DNA of 64,000 nucleotides from Mobula hypostoma (Eukaryota). The notes below the pieces were generated by a model that saw only the letters and a program-made list of their open reading frames with translations, was not told the origin of the DNA and searched no databases. Made by a program: the position numbers and the translations under genes. The stretch spans positions 87,608,001 to 87,672,000 of the forward strand of contig NC_086097.1 in assembly GCF_963921235.1 (NCBI RefSeq). Direction: 5' to 3'. This document shows positions 36,933-50,045 of this stretch, piece by piece; the first letter of the stretch is position 1; every line of letters begins with the position of its first letter.

Positions 36933-38485
36933 AACAGACGGTGAAATGCATCATTTGTGTCAAAGACACAATATGAGGATGTGCTGGAGGCAGCACACAT
37001 GTCACCATGCTTCTGGCACCAGTATAGCATGCCCACAGCTTACTAATTCTAACCCTAACAATACGTCTTTGGAATGTGGAACGAACTGGAGCATCCAGAG
37101 GAAACCCATGCGGTCTCTGGGAGAACATACAAACGCCTTACAAATAGTGGTGGGAGGACTCTTTGAAAGAACAGGAAAATATAAAGAAAAAATGCTTTGC
37201 TGCACTGTTGTCATGAGGTTTATCTATAAGTTATTGTGTTATTTAATTAAGGGTGCTTTTAGATTACTGATTCCAGTCAATCAATATTTCTGGTTCTGGC
37301 TTCTAATTTTTAACACACTCCTTCCATTTTGACTTGTGATAAAACCAAAGGTGAAAAGGAAGGACAAAGGACGCATGCTGTGAATTCCATGTGATTAGAA
37401 TGGAAATATGAAACTTTCACTTGCAGGTTTTTCTGACAGCTTAATAGTGACTTGGAAGAAAAAACATTTAATAATCTGCAAAGAATGGGATATACTTTTG
37501 GATGTTATTCATTAATCAACACAGAATCTGTTTATTTTTACTTAATATCCCCAACCTTGATTACCTTAGCCGTGTGGGCACTGTGGCATTGACCTTGCTC
37601 CACTCTCCTGTCCCCACCTCAATTTTGTGTCGTCTAAGTTTTTCACATCTTAATTTACCAATAATGCGAATTGCCAAGAGCTTGGAGTAGCATACCCACT
37701 GGAGATCCTGCTACAACTCGGGTTTTAAACAGACTGTACTCGCAACAATAATTAATGTAAACAGATTTTGAATTGTTTTGGTAGGAACTCAGTTTTCTCT
37801 TCACTTGCTTAAGAATCAGTGAGGTGTTTCCACAATGTAGTTTTGTGCCAATGCAACACAACTTCAACCCGCACATGTTTGTGAAAGTTGAACTCCCTGT
37901 ATGATAGTTGCAGAATCACATGTAGTGTTTGTACTCTTCAATGTATACCTAACACTGAGGGTTAAATTTGATTTTTTAAATATATTTTGTAATTGCAAAT
38001 TTCTATTGGTGGTTGTACTTTTTAATCAGAGTCAAATCACCAAATTAATCAGTTTCTTGGCAGTGGATTGCTTTGCAGTTCAGAACATGCTCATTACAGG
38101 AGAGAGAAAAATCAACTATGAGGGCAGTGTTATGCAGATCCAAGCACTAGCTATGGCAGATTATGAAGATAGAGGATAGCTTGTAGGGAAGAACAGTTAT
38201 GTCTAATTCTAAGATGTCTTCCATTTTCCTTAACTATGGAAAGAATCTGGAAGGTTAGGAAAAATGGAATAAAGGATGATTTAAAAAAAAAATTGATACA
38301 GAATTTTGCTTGGTGTTAGGAGGCAGGGTTGAGAATTGTGGAGGGTTGTTTTTTTTTAGATTTGGACCCCAAGATGACATATGGTCCTGAGACTTCTCAT
38401 GATTTGAATGAGAATGTAGGTGGCATAATTAAGCGTGCACATTACACTAAAATTGGTGTATGATAATGAAGTAGAATGCCAAAGG

Positions 38486-38565
38486 CAGTGGTTCCCAAGT
38501 TTTTCAATGTCATGGACCCCTACCATTAACTGAGGGGTCCAAGGACCCCAGGTTTGGAACCCCTG
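38486..38565. mobile_element. 80-bp hAT-type MITE
   Basis: TIR CAGTGGTTCCCAAG / GTTTGGAACCCCTG; internal ggacccc...ggggtcc hairpin. Confidence 0.75.
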
Positions 38566-38653
38566 GAATGGTGACAACATATATCAAACGGGAAAGTGAA
38601 GAAAGGGAATAGGCAATGGAGTTTAACTTGTACAAGTGTGAAGTAATGTGTTT

Positions 38654-39686
38654 TCAGGATCAGAATCGGGTTTAATATCACTGGCATATGTTGTGAAATT
38701 TGTAGTTCTATGACAACAGTACATAATAACAAAAACTATAAATTACAATCAGAAATGGGTATCAAAATTAAATTAAGTACTGAAAAAAGAGAGGAAAAGA
38801 TTAGGTAGTGTACATGGGTTCATTGTCTATGCAGAAATCTGATGGTAGTAGGCTGTTCCTGAAACATTGAGTGTGTCTTCAGGTTCCTGCACCTTCTCCT
38901 TGATGGTAGCAATGAGAAGAGGGCATGTCCTGGGTGACTTCTATAGAGTGGCCCCTCCACAACAGATGGTGATGCAACCAGTTAGAATGCTCTTCACAGC
39001 ACGTTTGTAGAAATTTGTGAGTGTGTGTGGTGGCATGTCGGGTATCCTCAATCTCCTAAATGGCCTTGTGCTTTTTTTTTGTAATTGTATCAATATGTTG
39101 GACCCAGGATAGATCTTCAGAGATGTTGACCCCCAGGAGCTTGAAACTACTCACTGCTGATCGCTTGATGAGGACTAATGTGTGTTCCCTCAATTTCCCC
39201 TTCCTGAAGCCCACAATCAATTCCTTGGTCTTACTGACATTGAGTGCAAGGTTGTTGTTGTAACACTCAACCATCTCATCTATCTCACTCCTGCATGCCT
39301 TTTTGTGACTATCTGAGATTTTGCTGACGACATTTGTGTCATTGGTATATTTATAGATGGTGTCGCTGCTGTGCCGAGCCGCATAGTCACTGGGTATACA
39401 GCGAGCAGAGCACTGGGCTTAAGCACACACCTTGAGCTATGCCAATGTTAATTGTCATCAAGAAAGACGTGGTATATTCAATCCACACTGACTGTGGTCT
39501 AATGAGGAAATCGTTGATCCAGTTACAGAGGGAGGTTGAGAGGCCTAGGCTTTGAAGCTTATTGATTAGTAGTGAGGGGATGATTGTGTTGAATACAGAG
39601 TTGTAGTCAATAAACAGCAACCTGATGTAGATATTGCTGTTGTTCTGGATGACCAAAGCTGGGTGGAGAGCCAGTGAGATTACCAA
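38654..39686 (-). mobile_element. Rex1/Babar LINE, degenerate RT to 3' end
   Basis: Minus ORFs RLLFIDYNSVFNTIIPS...QGVCLSPVLCSLYT and NLALNVSKTKELIV; tail tcaggatcagaatcgggtttaatatcac. Confidence 0.9.
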
Positions 39687-40334
39687 TATCCAAGGATGCT
39701 CCTGAGCTTCCAGTTGCCTGTTTCATTAATTCTCCATTCTCCTACTCTGATGTCTCTCTGTTATTCTCACTGTTTCTGTCTTTGGTCTCAATGGACCCAA
39801 GGAAATCCACTATAAGGTTAGGGCAGATCACATCATCTTCCATCTGGCCATATTGCAACTCATTGCTCTTGATTCTAATTTCAACAACTTTGGATATTAG
39901 GCTTTCCTGTTTGGTTAGGTCTCGTCAGTTTAGATGTTAACTCATCTATCAGTAATATTAACTCAGCTTTTCTCCTTGGCCTGCTGGGTATTTCCAGAAT
40001 TTTCTTTTGCTTTAAAACTCTTGCAGTATTTTTCTCTCTCATTTGTTCTCATTCTATCTCCTTGCCTTTACTTAAAGCAGATTATTTGCAATTGGCAGCT
40101 TCACCATACTCTAAGACAACATTGCAATTGGAGTTTCTAGATGAATCACAGAGATTGCAGAGGATGCTTTGGTACACAGCTGTAATTGACATGACTGTGG
40201 TTGACTTATCATGAGTACATGGTGAAGTCATCAAAAATGGTGGGAGGTGGACAGCATGGAATGTGATGGGACATTGAAAGTGGTGGCAGATGAGAACGAT
40301 GATATTGCTAGAAATCAGGAAAGAATGGTGTCAC

Positions 40335-40470
40335 AAACACTAGAAAATCTGAAGATGCTGGAAATCCAAAGCAACATGCACAAAATGCTAGGGGAACTGG
40401 GCAGGCCAGGCAGCATCTACGGAAAAGAGTAAACATTTGATGTTTCGGGCTGTGACCCTTCATCAGGACA
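40335..40470 (-). mobile_element. Penelope-derived tail with hammerhead-like core (40439-40466)
   Basis: Minus strand CTGATGAAGGGTCACAGCCCGAAACATC followed by ...gatgctgcctggcctgcccagttcccctagcattttg. Confidence 0.7.
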
Positions 40471-42428
40471 TTTTGTAAGATATCACCAACAAGTTAGAAA
40501 ATGGCACCTAACTAGAAATGGTCAAAATGATTATTTTGCTATTCCCTGGATCACTGCAATGGTGTCACTCTGCTCAGCTGTTCTTGAATATGCAAGAAGC
40601 ATGGATTAGTCAACCATATCAGAGGTAACTGGGAAAATGAGAAGAGATAATGAACCATAACAGAATTTCAAAGTTCCCACCTATCCATTAATAGTGTGCA
40701 TGAAAGCCATCTGACTCCATTTTGTAAACACCTGAACACTTTTTTTTAAGTCCTTGAGAATTTGGGATCCTGGGAACAGCTAAATGATCGTATGTAGGTT
40801 CAAAGGGTCATTTTTCTTTTGTCAAAGTGTGCCTGTACAATACAACTCTGATATTTGTATATTTGTCAATTTTGACCATTTCTGACTATCTATCTTTTTC
40901 TAACTTGGTGGTGTCTTGCAGAGGAATAGTCCTTATTCTTTGAGGTTTCTCATCCACACAGTTATGTTAATTCTGTTTGTTTTTCATTTTGGGTAACCAA
41001 TCATAGGTGCACAACTTGTTTGGAACTGAATTTTATTGAGGAAGTGTGGTTATGTGTGCACTTATGTCCTTCAATATCATTGGCTAAATTTCTGTTTAGT
41101 GTTAAAGTTGCATGTTATTAATGTAGACTTTAACTGTCAGTACTCAAATTATATAAAACTTTTTAAGTCTTTAAAGATTGCTTTTAAATCTTAACAAATT
41201 CAGCTGCGACTCAAAGCAATAAACAATAAAACTATGGTACTTGAATATAAGATTTGAAATGCAGATCTTTAACCTATTTATTTATTGACAGTGGCATTTT
41301 CTCACTGACTGCATGTGTTTCTTCTGGTTGTTTTGGTGTTCTTCCATTCTTCCACATGCCCAAGGCAAATGGGTTGAATTGACAGTTGTAAATTTACTCC
41401 TTCGTGCAGTTGAGTAGAGGAATCTGAGGGCACTGGATTACGATTTTGTTTGAAAAGGATCAGTATGGATGAAGCAGTGTGTTTTAAAGCTATAGTGGAT
41501 TACCTTGTTTTTTTATTACAGAAATACAGTTTCTTATTTTTCCATGCTAAAGGAAAAGTGAAAATGTGCTGCTTTGCATCGTCTTGAACATTAATGAGAG
41601 CAGTGCACAGTTTTGTTGAAAAGTCTTGACTCAAAATGTCAACAGTCCATTTCCATCCGTAGTTTTGATTTACTTGCCTCATTAAATTCACTAATTGGCT
41701 TGTTAGATTTGACGATCTAGTTGGTGTTAGACAAGCTTGGTCTTTGTTAGTTCTCAGGCTGCTATCATTCCCAGATCATCCGTTCTATCCCTCAACTACC
41801 TTATCATCATTATTTATGGATATATAAAACAAAATGATAGGCAAGAAAATGCATGCTGGTCTGTTTAGCTTGTCCTTGTCTTTGTAAGCACTTGCCATCT
41901 ACTCAGTGAAATCTGTTTTCCTAGAAAAGAGCAAGAAAGCTAGACATCGATCTCTGGGGTACATAAATGTAATGTTTGCTAACAGTGATTTAGATTTGTC
42001 ACTGTTGGTTATTTGTCAACTACAATTACAATTTATTTCACTTTCTATGGCTAGAGCTCAGATTTAGTTAAACTTTAAAATGTTTATACTGTAAGTGTAA
42101 TATTCTAACCTTAATGCATTTTCAGAATAAACATTTAGCTTTTAAAATATTAATTACATTTGTAACAATGCAACTTGTTTTCATCCATTTTCAAGCCTTG
42201 ACATAAAAAAACATAAAAAAGACATAAGCAATACCCTGGTAACCGAATGCATATGGAAGGAGAGCTGCCCCACTGATGGTATCTTTTTTTTTGGTTATAT
42301 GTTTGACCAAGAGTTTGACCTTTTGCATGGACCTAAACTATCCCACAGAAGTACCTCAAAAATGAGTTGGAAAGAGATTTCTGTGAGGTCCTAGCCAACG
42401 TTTTTATTCAAGTTGAATTAAATTAAAA

Positions 42429-42806
42429 GGTCAAAGTTTAAAGTAAATTTTATTATCAAAATACATATGCCAACTCTGAGATTCATTTTCCTGTGGGTAT
42501 ACTCATCAAATCCATAGAATAATAATTATAACAGCATCAACCAGAGTGCAGAAGATGACAAAATGCAAATATATGTAAACCATAATAAATAACAAGGACA
42601 TGAGATAAAGAATCCTTCATCTTTGGTTGTGAGAATATCTCAATGGATGGGTAAGTGAGTATAGTTATCCCCTTTTGTTCAAGAGCCTGCTGCGCTGGTT
42701 GAGGGATAGTAACTGTTCTTGAACCTGGTGGTGCAGGTCCTGAGGTTTGTACCTTCTACCTGATACCAGCAGCGAGAGAAGAACTAGGGTGGGGAGGATC
42801 TCTGAT
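42429..42806 (-). mobile_element. Rex1/Babar 3' end
   Basis: Tail tcaaagtttaaagtaaattttattatcaaa, reverse of the tail at ~2940-2967; ttgtaccttctacctgat (SGRRY). Confidence 0.75.
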
Positions 42807-43193
42807 TGCTATTATATGTTTGTGGTAGCTTGCTGTGTGGAAATTGTTGAATTTCCTGTCTTAAAACTTGGCTATAAAATACTCCGGGCTATCCTGAGAT
42901 TAAGAAGGGCATATTAGGTAAGAAAAATATCTCTTTCATTTATGTCACTGGCATGGTTTGATCATTGGTTGTGTGCTTTAATGCACAGCAACTGCTTGGT
43001 AGTCAAAACGACAGTACTAATGCTTTGAGCTTGTGCCAAGTGAAATATTTGGTTCCTGGTGAAGTAGTTTGTTGGCTATATTTGTATTTTGTCATGTTTT
43101 GTTTTGATCCCTACCACTGTATGTTTTCCATACTGGGATGCATTACAACATTTTTGTGCTTTATACCCAAGCACGCACAATTCAATCTTTGTT

Positions 43194-43815
43194 AAGATGA
43201 GGTAAGATAAAACTTTATTTATCCTGAAGGAAATTATTGTTGCAAGGTTGCTCAGTCAGAAATATATACATTAAGATACAAAATGTAAGCATTGAAGTAT
43301 GAAAAAAATGCAAAATGTGCATTAAAAAGTAATGGTGCAAAATACAGATGTGCAATGAAACCATATACTTAAGGAGGAAGAGTTGTAGAGCCTTGTAGCC
43401 ACAGGGTGGAAGGATCTCCTGTGGCGTTCAGTTGGTGCACCTTAGTGGAGTCAGTCTGTTACTAGATGTGCTTCTCTGTCCAGTATGTCATGGAGGGGGT
43501 GAGAGGGATTGCTCTCACATAATGTTCTGCAGCTTCCTCTTTAAAACACAACCATCAGGCAATCCAGTTCCACCCCCAGAACGGAACTAGCCTTCCTGAT
43601 GAGCTTATCGATCCTTTTGGCATTAGTTGTTCTCACCCTGCTGCCCCACAAACTACAGTGTAGAATAGAATGCTGGCCACCACTGAGTTGTAGACTATCT
43701 GCAGCATAGTGCTGCAGACGTGAATGTCCGGAGCCTCTTCCGGAAGTACAGTTAGCTCTGTCCCTTCTTGTACAGAGGCCCTATATTTTTTCCCCAGTCC
43801 AGTTTATTGTACAGT
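43194..43815 (-). mobile_element. Rex1/Babar 3' portion
   Basis: Homologous to 27866-28657 (ccagtccagtttattgt, ctggccaccactgagttgtaga, ttcctgatgagcttat). Confidence 0.75.
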
Positions 43816-45910
43816 GATTGTATTTGATATTTGTGCTATATTATGTGATGCATTTGCACAGTCAAATATTAGAGAGCCCTAATATTTGCAGCTTGCAGAC
43901 AGGAACATTATTTTCAGGTGCTGGGAATGAAATGATATCAAATCAGACCATATTCATTTTGTTTTTATTGTTAATAGCTGAAAAATGTGCTAGTCTTTTA
44001 ATTTTGAACAAAACCTACTGATTCTTGACACCACCTTGATGCATTTCTGCTGCAAGGATTTAATCCATCCAGTGCATAATCAACATTTTGAAGCTGTTGA
44101 GTTTTATTTTCCACACCATGCAAACTGAAATACAACTACTGCCAATCTTTCCCAGCATTGTAGCAGAGAACTTATTGTAATTTCCTATCTGTTGAGTATC
44201 AGAAGCAGTACACAAATGCATCAATCAGTGGCATTATAACTAAAATGGACAAAATTAGGCAGATCTTTTGCTTGACATCCAGTGGATCACTAGATGATTT
44301 GTAACCTTTCAAGTGTTTAACTAGATGGCACTTTGGGATTCCAAGTTGAGACTGAAGTTCAGCTTTTGTTCCAAATAAGTTTTGGCCTCTGAACACGTGC
44401 TGCACAGATGGACTTCTCAATGGATCTAGTTTGGCAGTGCAGACTCTCTCATGCTCCCAGCATTAAGTTCATAAATCTGTATAGAACCACTGCCAAGTTA
44501 ACTTGTCCAATTGAAGTCAATGGTGAGGGTAGTGGTGGTGAAAAATAGCTGACAGAAAATGGAATGCAACATTTCTAAATGTTTAAGCTTTTTTTGAATG
44601 AGCAGGTGCTAAATTTTGTGTTGGCATGGGAAAGCACTGTGAGAAGAGGAGTGGTAGGTATAGTTGGAAAAGTGGAGCAGGGAGTCACAAAGAGCGTGAT
44701 GCAACTTTAGTTTCTGTTTTAAGCCTTCATATGGTCCAGGGTCCCACAAAGATGCCGTGATTCACTGGCACTTTTAGTGCACTGATGTGTGGCCTCCTCG
44801 CATTGGAGAAACGAGATTCACGTTGGGTGACTGTTAACCTCCTCGGATCCGTACATAGTGGTAACCTAAACTTTGAATTGCCTGTCATGTAATTTTCCAT
44901 CATTTGCAATGTGGCCACTGCTTTAATGAGGACCAACATGATCTTGAGGAATAACACTTAATATTTTGTCTAGACATGTTGCAACTTCCTGGACTCCATC
45001 TCAAATACAAGTATTTTAGGTAACGTGCTTTTTCTGCTTCGATCTGAACTGACCAGACCTGCTGTAAGTTACCCATCTGTAATATTAACTAAGTTTTTTT
45101 TCCCCTACCTTTTTAGTCAGTCAACCAGATAGCTCAGTAGAATTACTCTCTCAGCCTCTCAAGAGATATTCTTTTAGTCCTAATTATCCTTCCCTTATCC
45201 TCGCTCCAGCTTAAAACTAGATTGTTTTCTTACTGTACAGTTCTAATAAAATGTCTTTGATATGAAACATTAATGCAAAACAACAAATTTTACTGCATAT
45301 GTCAGTAATAATGACCTGATTCTAATTCTAGTTTCTAGACTTGTATCTGAAAGGATTCTTGAAAGTAAAAGTCTCTACGTGGCAAATGTTGTTCAGTATC
45401 CATTTAGGATTCTAAATTAGTTAATGAATTCTGAAATTTATGTAGATTGTCAATCACAGGGAAGCGCAATTAATGTGAATTTGGTCCTGTTTCCAGAAGC
45501 AAAAGCAATAAAAATGCATTTACACAATGCCTTGATGTGTTCCGAGACATCTAGAATAATTTTGCTGCATATGGCATTTAGTATATTTCAGAAGTAGATA
45601 ACATTTCTTGATGCATTTGTCAAGACTGAGACAAGTTGGTTATTGTTAGAGGTTAACCACCTAATCTATTAAACCAAAGAGTAATATAATCCAGATCAGG
45701 AGATTAAAGCCCCTTTCTGGTTTCTAACTGAAAATCTTTGTTAATGTGCTTCTGTTTGCATTGACTACTGTATATTGTCTGGATGATTGGACTATACTGG
45801 CATCATATAATTGGAGCCGGTACTTCAATGTGTTGATCATGTCAAAATTATTGTTATCCTTGAAATGAACTAAAGATGGAATGATTTGTGTTTGTAAAGC
45901 TGCAAATAGA

Positions 45911-46426
45911 TACTCAGTGGCCACTTTATTACATACAGGAAGGGAACCGATGTGGTCTTCTACTGCTGTAGCTCATCCACTTCAAGGTCCAATATGTTGT
46001 GCATTTAGAGATGCTCTTCTGCACACCATTGTTGTAACGTGTGGTTATTTGAGTTACTGTCACTTTCCTGTCAGTTATTCTTCTCTGATCTCTCGCATCA
46101 ACGAGGCATTTTCCTCACAAAACTGCCGTTCCCTGGATGGTTTTTGTTTATCGCACCATTTGGGACTGTGAGTGAAAGTCCCAGGAGGTCAGCAGCTTCT
46201 GAGATAATCAAACCATCCCATCTGGCAAGAATAATCATTCCACAATCAAAGTTAGTTAGATCACATTTCTTCCTAATTCTGAAGTTTGATCTAAACAACA
46301 GCTGAACTGCTTGACCAATCTGCGTGGTGTATTTATTCATTGAGTTTCTGCTACATGATTGGCTGCTTAGATATTTGCATTGATGAGCAAGTGTAAAGGT
46401 GTGCCTAATAAAGTGGTCATTGAGTG
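45911..46426. mobile_element. Non-autonomous Tc1-like element (~516 bp)
   Basis: TIR TACTCAGTGGCCACTTTATTA / TAATAAAGTGGTCATTGAGTG, TA on the right; minus remnant KKCDLTNFDCGMIILARWDGLIISEAADLLG resembles a Tc1 N-terminus. Confidence 0.85.
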
Positions 46427-47609
46427 TAGATCAGGTGTTATATACATACCTGAAATGTGCATTATGAAATTCTGGTGATCCCGGTATACCTGAAGGCAAG
46501 GTGGAACAGGACTGTGCATGACTGCCCCTGGTTGGAACACTGATCCGGATGTAGGGAAACATGAAATTATCCTCTCTTGTACATGTGTACCTGATCCTGT
46601 TGGATCTGGAAATGATATTGTTGGAAGTTCTTCAGAAATCAAGAACAAGATGCAAATCTTGTGTTTTTTAATGTTCATCATAGTGCAGGTTAGTGTCCCC
46701 TTCAAACAGCAAGTAACATGAAGTAAAAGCAGGAAGGTCAGAAGATGCAAGGATAAGTAACAGATGTCCTGAGACCTTGTATTCTCCCTTTATACTGCAA
46801 ACCGTTGTGAGCTGGTTAGATGAGGGAGTTTTCTCTGATGAGAGCAGTTCTGTGAACAAGAATAGTCTTGATTTATGCTGCCATGACATCTACAGCTTTA
46901 CAGACAAAAAAAACTTTTAAGATCTACTAAAAATTCACAGACAAACAGGTGTTTATATAAACATGTGTAGTTGCATAAATAAAGTTTAAATTAAAACACA
47001 ATTTATTTTGAACACCAATCCAGCAATCCAAAGCAGATTCAACAGTTGGTTTCATCTTTCCAGTTTTAGAAAGATATAAATAAAACTTTTCTCCTCACCA
47101 TTGTCAGGCCCAAAATTGCCCCAGGGTGAAAACTTAACAGCGTTGGGAGAAGGCAACTGTCTACTTGAATGTGCAGTACCACATGAGATCCAAGAGACTT
47201 CACACCGTTTACCGAAATGATTCTCATACATTAACCCTTTTGGAAAGCTGTCAATAAGGCAACCAGTGACCAAAGGATAAAATTTCACCCCACAGCCCAG
47301 AGTCATACAGTACAGAACCAGGCCCTTCAGCCCGCAAGTCTATACTGACCGTTGTACCCATCTATAGCAATTCCATTTACTCCCATTTATATGTAGATTG
47401 TTAAGGGAGATGATGAGCAGAGATGGGATGGGGAGCATCATGAGGATTGATGTACAGGGTTGTGTTCTCAATTGGCATCTTTTATTTCTTACTGTGGATT
47501 AAAAAAAGGAGAATAATTGCATTATTCAACTCGTAATGTATCCTCAACTTCAAGGGTAATGAAGTTTGCTACGTGGCTGCCCATGGCTTTAATTCCCTCT
47601 GCACGGATT

Positions 47610-47895
47610 TGATCTCAAGTCCAAGATGGCATTTCCAATGCAATTTGACTAAGTGCTGCATGACCAGAGGGGTTTCCCTTGACAGAATACATTGAAGTGA
47701 GGCCCCATCTCCTTTCACATGAGGACATAAAATATCCAAGGTTGTATTTCAGAAAAGAGCAGAGATGTTATCCCCAGTGTTCCATATCTATGTTTAAACA
47801 AGCAACATTTTAAGAACAGGTTATCTGATCGTTACATGTTACTGTTTGAATAAGCTTCCTTTGCATAAATTGACTGTCCTGTTTCCCACATTATG
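47610..47895 (+). mobile_element. Ancient Deu-domain-type (SacSINE1/AmnSINE-like) SINE
   Basis: gaggccccatct...gacataaaatatcc...tatttcagaaaagagcagaga..ttatccccagtgt...ttatctgatcgtta...aaattgactgtcctgtttcccacatta follows the remembered consensus order. Confidence 0.55.
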
Positions 47896-48559
47896 CTACT
47901 ATAACTATGCCGGAGCTGGTAAATGACTATAAAAATTTTAAAATCATATATTAAGGAGTAAGTGTACTGACAGTGCTCTGCTGATCCACAGTCGAAACCA
48001 TTGAATCAAACTTAGGGAACACAACTGCTGCATTGACAAATTAATTTTTGCTTATGTCCATCATATGTATGAAATGATCTCCATGTGCTTCATTTTTTTT
48101 AAAAAAGAGAAATCATCTTATTAAAAAAAGTTTCAGTAGTTTGCTTGTTCTTTTTAAGTAAATCTCAGTTTCCTTAGTTAATGTTGTTTGCTATGCTGTC
48201 GACTGTTTTAAATAACATCTTAACCTTCAAGCCATCAGCTGATAACATGTTTTATATGAGTACTCTCTAATGGAATGTACTGTATATAAATTACAGTAGA
48301 GTGGTACTGAAAGCCACTAATACAAAGTAAGTGAGCCGACCTTTATTCAGTCAAATTAAGTCCACGTGCTGCAAAAATTTGGTCCACGTGCTTCTTCCGG
48401 TAAGACAGCAGTACACTTGGTCACAGGAGCTCCTCCAGGTCCAAAAATGTTTGTCTTAAACATTTTACTTGTCACAAGACCCTGTTGGACATTGGTAATA
48501 CAAAATACTGTAAGCCCATTTATTGGTTCATCTGCGAGACTGGTGGTGGGGGAGTTGTG

Positions 48560-49503
48560 TAGTCTCGTTTGTTGTGCGGACAAAACCCTCATGGTGCGGC
48601 GACGCCTCTTATAGCCACGCACTGGGAGGAGATGCCGAGGTGGTGTAGGAGAGAATAGAGGCACAGTGGGCATGCTGGCTGGGAGGCTGACCATTGCGCG
48701 CCAGCCCTCCTGGTGGGTTCTGCTCTCCAATGTTTGTTCACCAGTAGACAAGCTGGATTGTCTTCATCTGCAGCTGCCCCAGTGCGAGACGAGCTGATTT
48801 TCGTTCATCTGCAGCTGACCCAGAGTAAGATGAGGAAATGCTACATGTTCGTTCTTACAGAATCGTGGCTCCAGGACAACATTCCATGCACCACCAGTCT
48901 TCAGGCCATGCCACTCAGGGACTTGTGCTGATATTATTTTGTGACTGCATGTGTTATCATACCATGCTTGCTGTGTGTGACTGTGAGGCCTCTGTTGGTC
49001 AGGGTCGCCCATGGATGTTGCATCCTGGCTGTCTAGATACGCAAACCAGGGCAGTACAATGTGGAGTACAAGTTATTGCCCATGTAGCAAACTCCCCGTC
49101 TCCACGCAACTGATGAACCCAAAGGACCAGTGAGACTGATGCAGTTTGGCAGCAGCAGGTTAGCAGGAGTTACCAGTCAGCATTGAACTCAACATAGGAC
49201 TGCCTTAGGGACTCCAACTCTGGATTATTCCCTCGGGGTTTACTCCCAAAGCCTTCCTCACATGAAGGCCAGGAGGTGGACTTAGTTGATGGAAGCTATT
49301 TGAGACCCACACCATTGGGAGCATTTTAACAGGTGGTGGGAGCTTGTCTCCACTACCACCCCCACTACCAACCTTTAAGGAACTGTGTCTGTGTGACTGT
49401 ATGTACTGTGTTTTGTACCTTGTCCCTGGAGGAACACTTTTGTTTAGCTGTATACATGTGTATGTTTGAATGACAATTAAACTTGAACTTAACTTGAACT
49501 TGA
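48560..49503 (+). mobile_element. Bipartite Rex1/Babar derivative (endonuclease start fused to 3' tail) with a nested insertion
   Basis: LLSNVCSPVDKLDCL...CYMFVLTESWLQDNIP (APE N-terminus, TETWL-like motif) joined to a UTR ending attaaacttgaacttaacttgaacttga. Confidence 0.6.
48983..49383 (-). mobile_element. Second copy of the 33592-34488 non-coding retroelement (internally deleted)
   Basis: Colinear homology; flanked by the direct repeat tgtgtgactgt. Confidence 0.65.
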
Positions 49504-49734
49504 AAAGGTTCAAACAGCAATCAACATGAGTGAAGCTAAAATGTAGCAGTAATTTGATTTATTGCAGTAATATCCACAAAGTATGTGATTGCTCTTGGGG
49601 AAAAATTAACAGAAAATAGTCCTGTGTAAACTGCACAATACAAGACTTCAAAGTAAAACTAATGTTTCTTGATAACTTCTTGTACTATTTCTGTTGTGAA
49701 TTAGTACAATATTGTGTATTTATAATGGGAGGGG

Positions 49735-50045
49735 AAACAGTGGCCCAGCAGATAGAACTACTTAGTTTTCATGAACTGAGTTTGTTCCTGATCTCTGCTG
49801 CTATCTCTCTGGGGCTTGCAGGTTCTCCTGCATGAATTTCTCCTTCTGCTCCAGTTTCTTCCATCATCCCAAAGATATGCTGGTTGGTAGGTCAACTGGT
49901 TGTTAAAAAATGTGTGTTGTGCAGGTAAGCTGTAGAAGAGCTTGGGTTGCCATTGATGAAAACCTGAAAGAATATGTAATGGGGAAATATGGGTTTGCTC
50001 TGAGAATCAGCATAGACAAGGTAGATAGAATTGCCTCCTATGTCG
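49735..50045 (+). mobile_element. Degraded V-SINE/HE1-like SINE with CR1-type tail
   Basis: cagtggcccagc head; gcttgcaggttctcc...ctccagtttcttccatcatcccaaagatatgctggttggtagg. Confidence 0.55.

Larger units (their letters stand above)
36478..37155 (-). mobile_element. V-SINE-like element with Rex-type tail, interrupted by nested Penelope-derived elements
   Basis: cgtctttggaatgtgg...ggagcatccagaggaaacccatgcggtc...gggagaacatacaaac is the reverse V-domain; tail agattagcttcatttgtcacatgtac at 36479. Confidence 0.7.

Noticed and set aside
36802..37332. 176-aa ORF
   Set aside because: Reads through a Penelope palindrome, an antisense SINE and flank; not a coherent protein.
44711..44835. Possible exon after tttctgttttaag
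   Set aside because: All frames closed and only a weak donor; insufficient support.
45095..45270. Polypyrimidine tract plus AG resembling a splice acceptor
   Set aside because: Surrounding sequence resembles a decayed Penelope-type 3' UTR; no matching donor.
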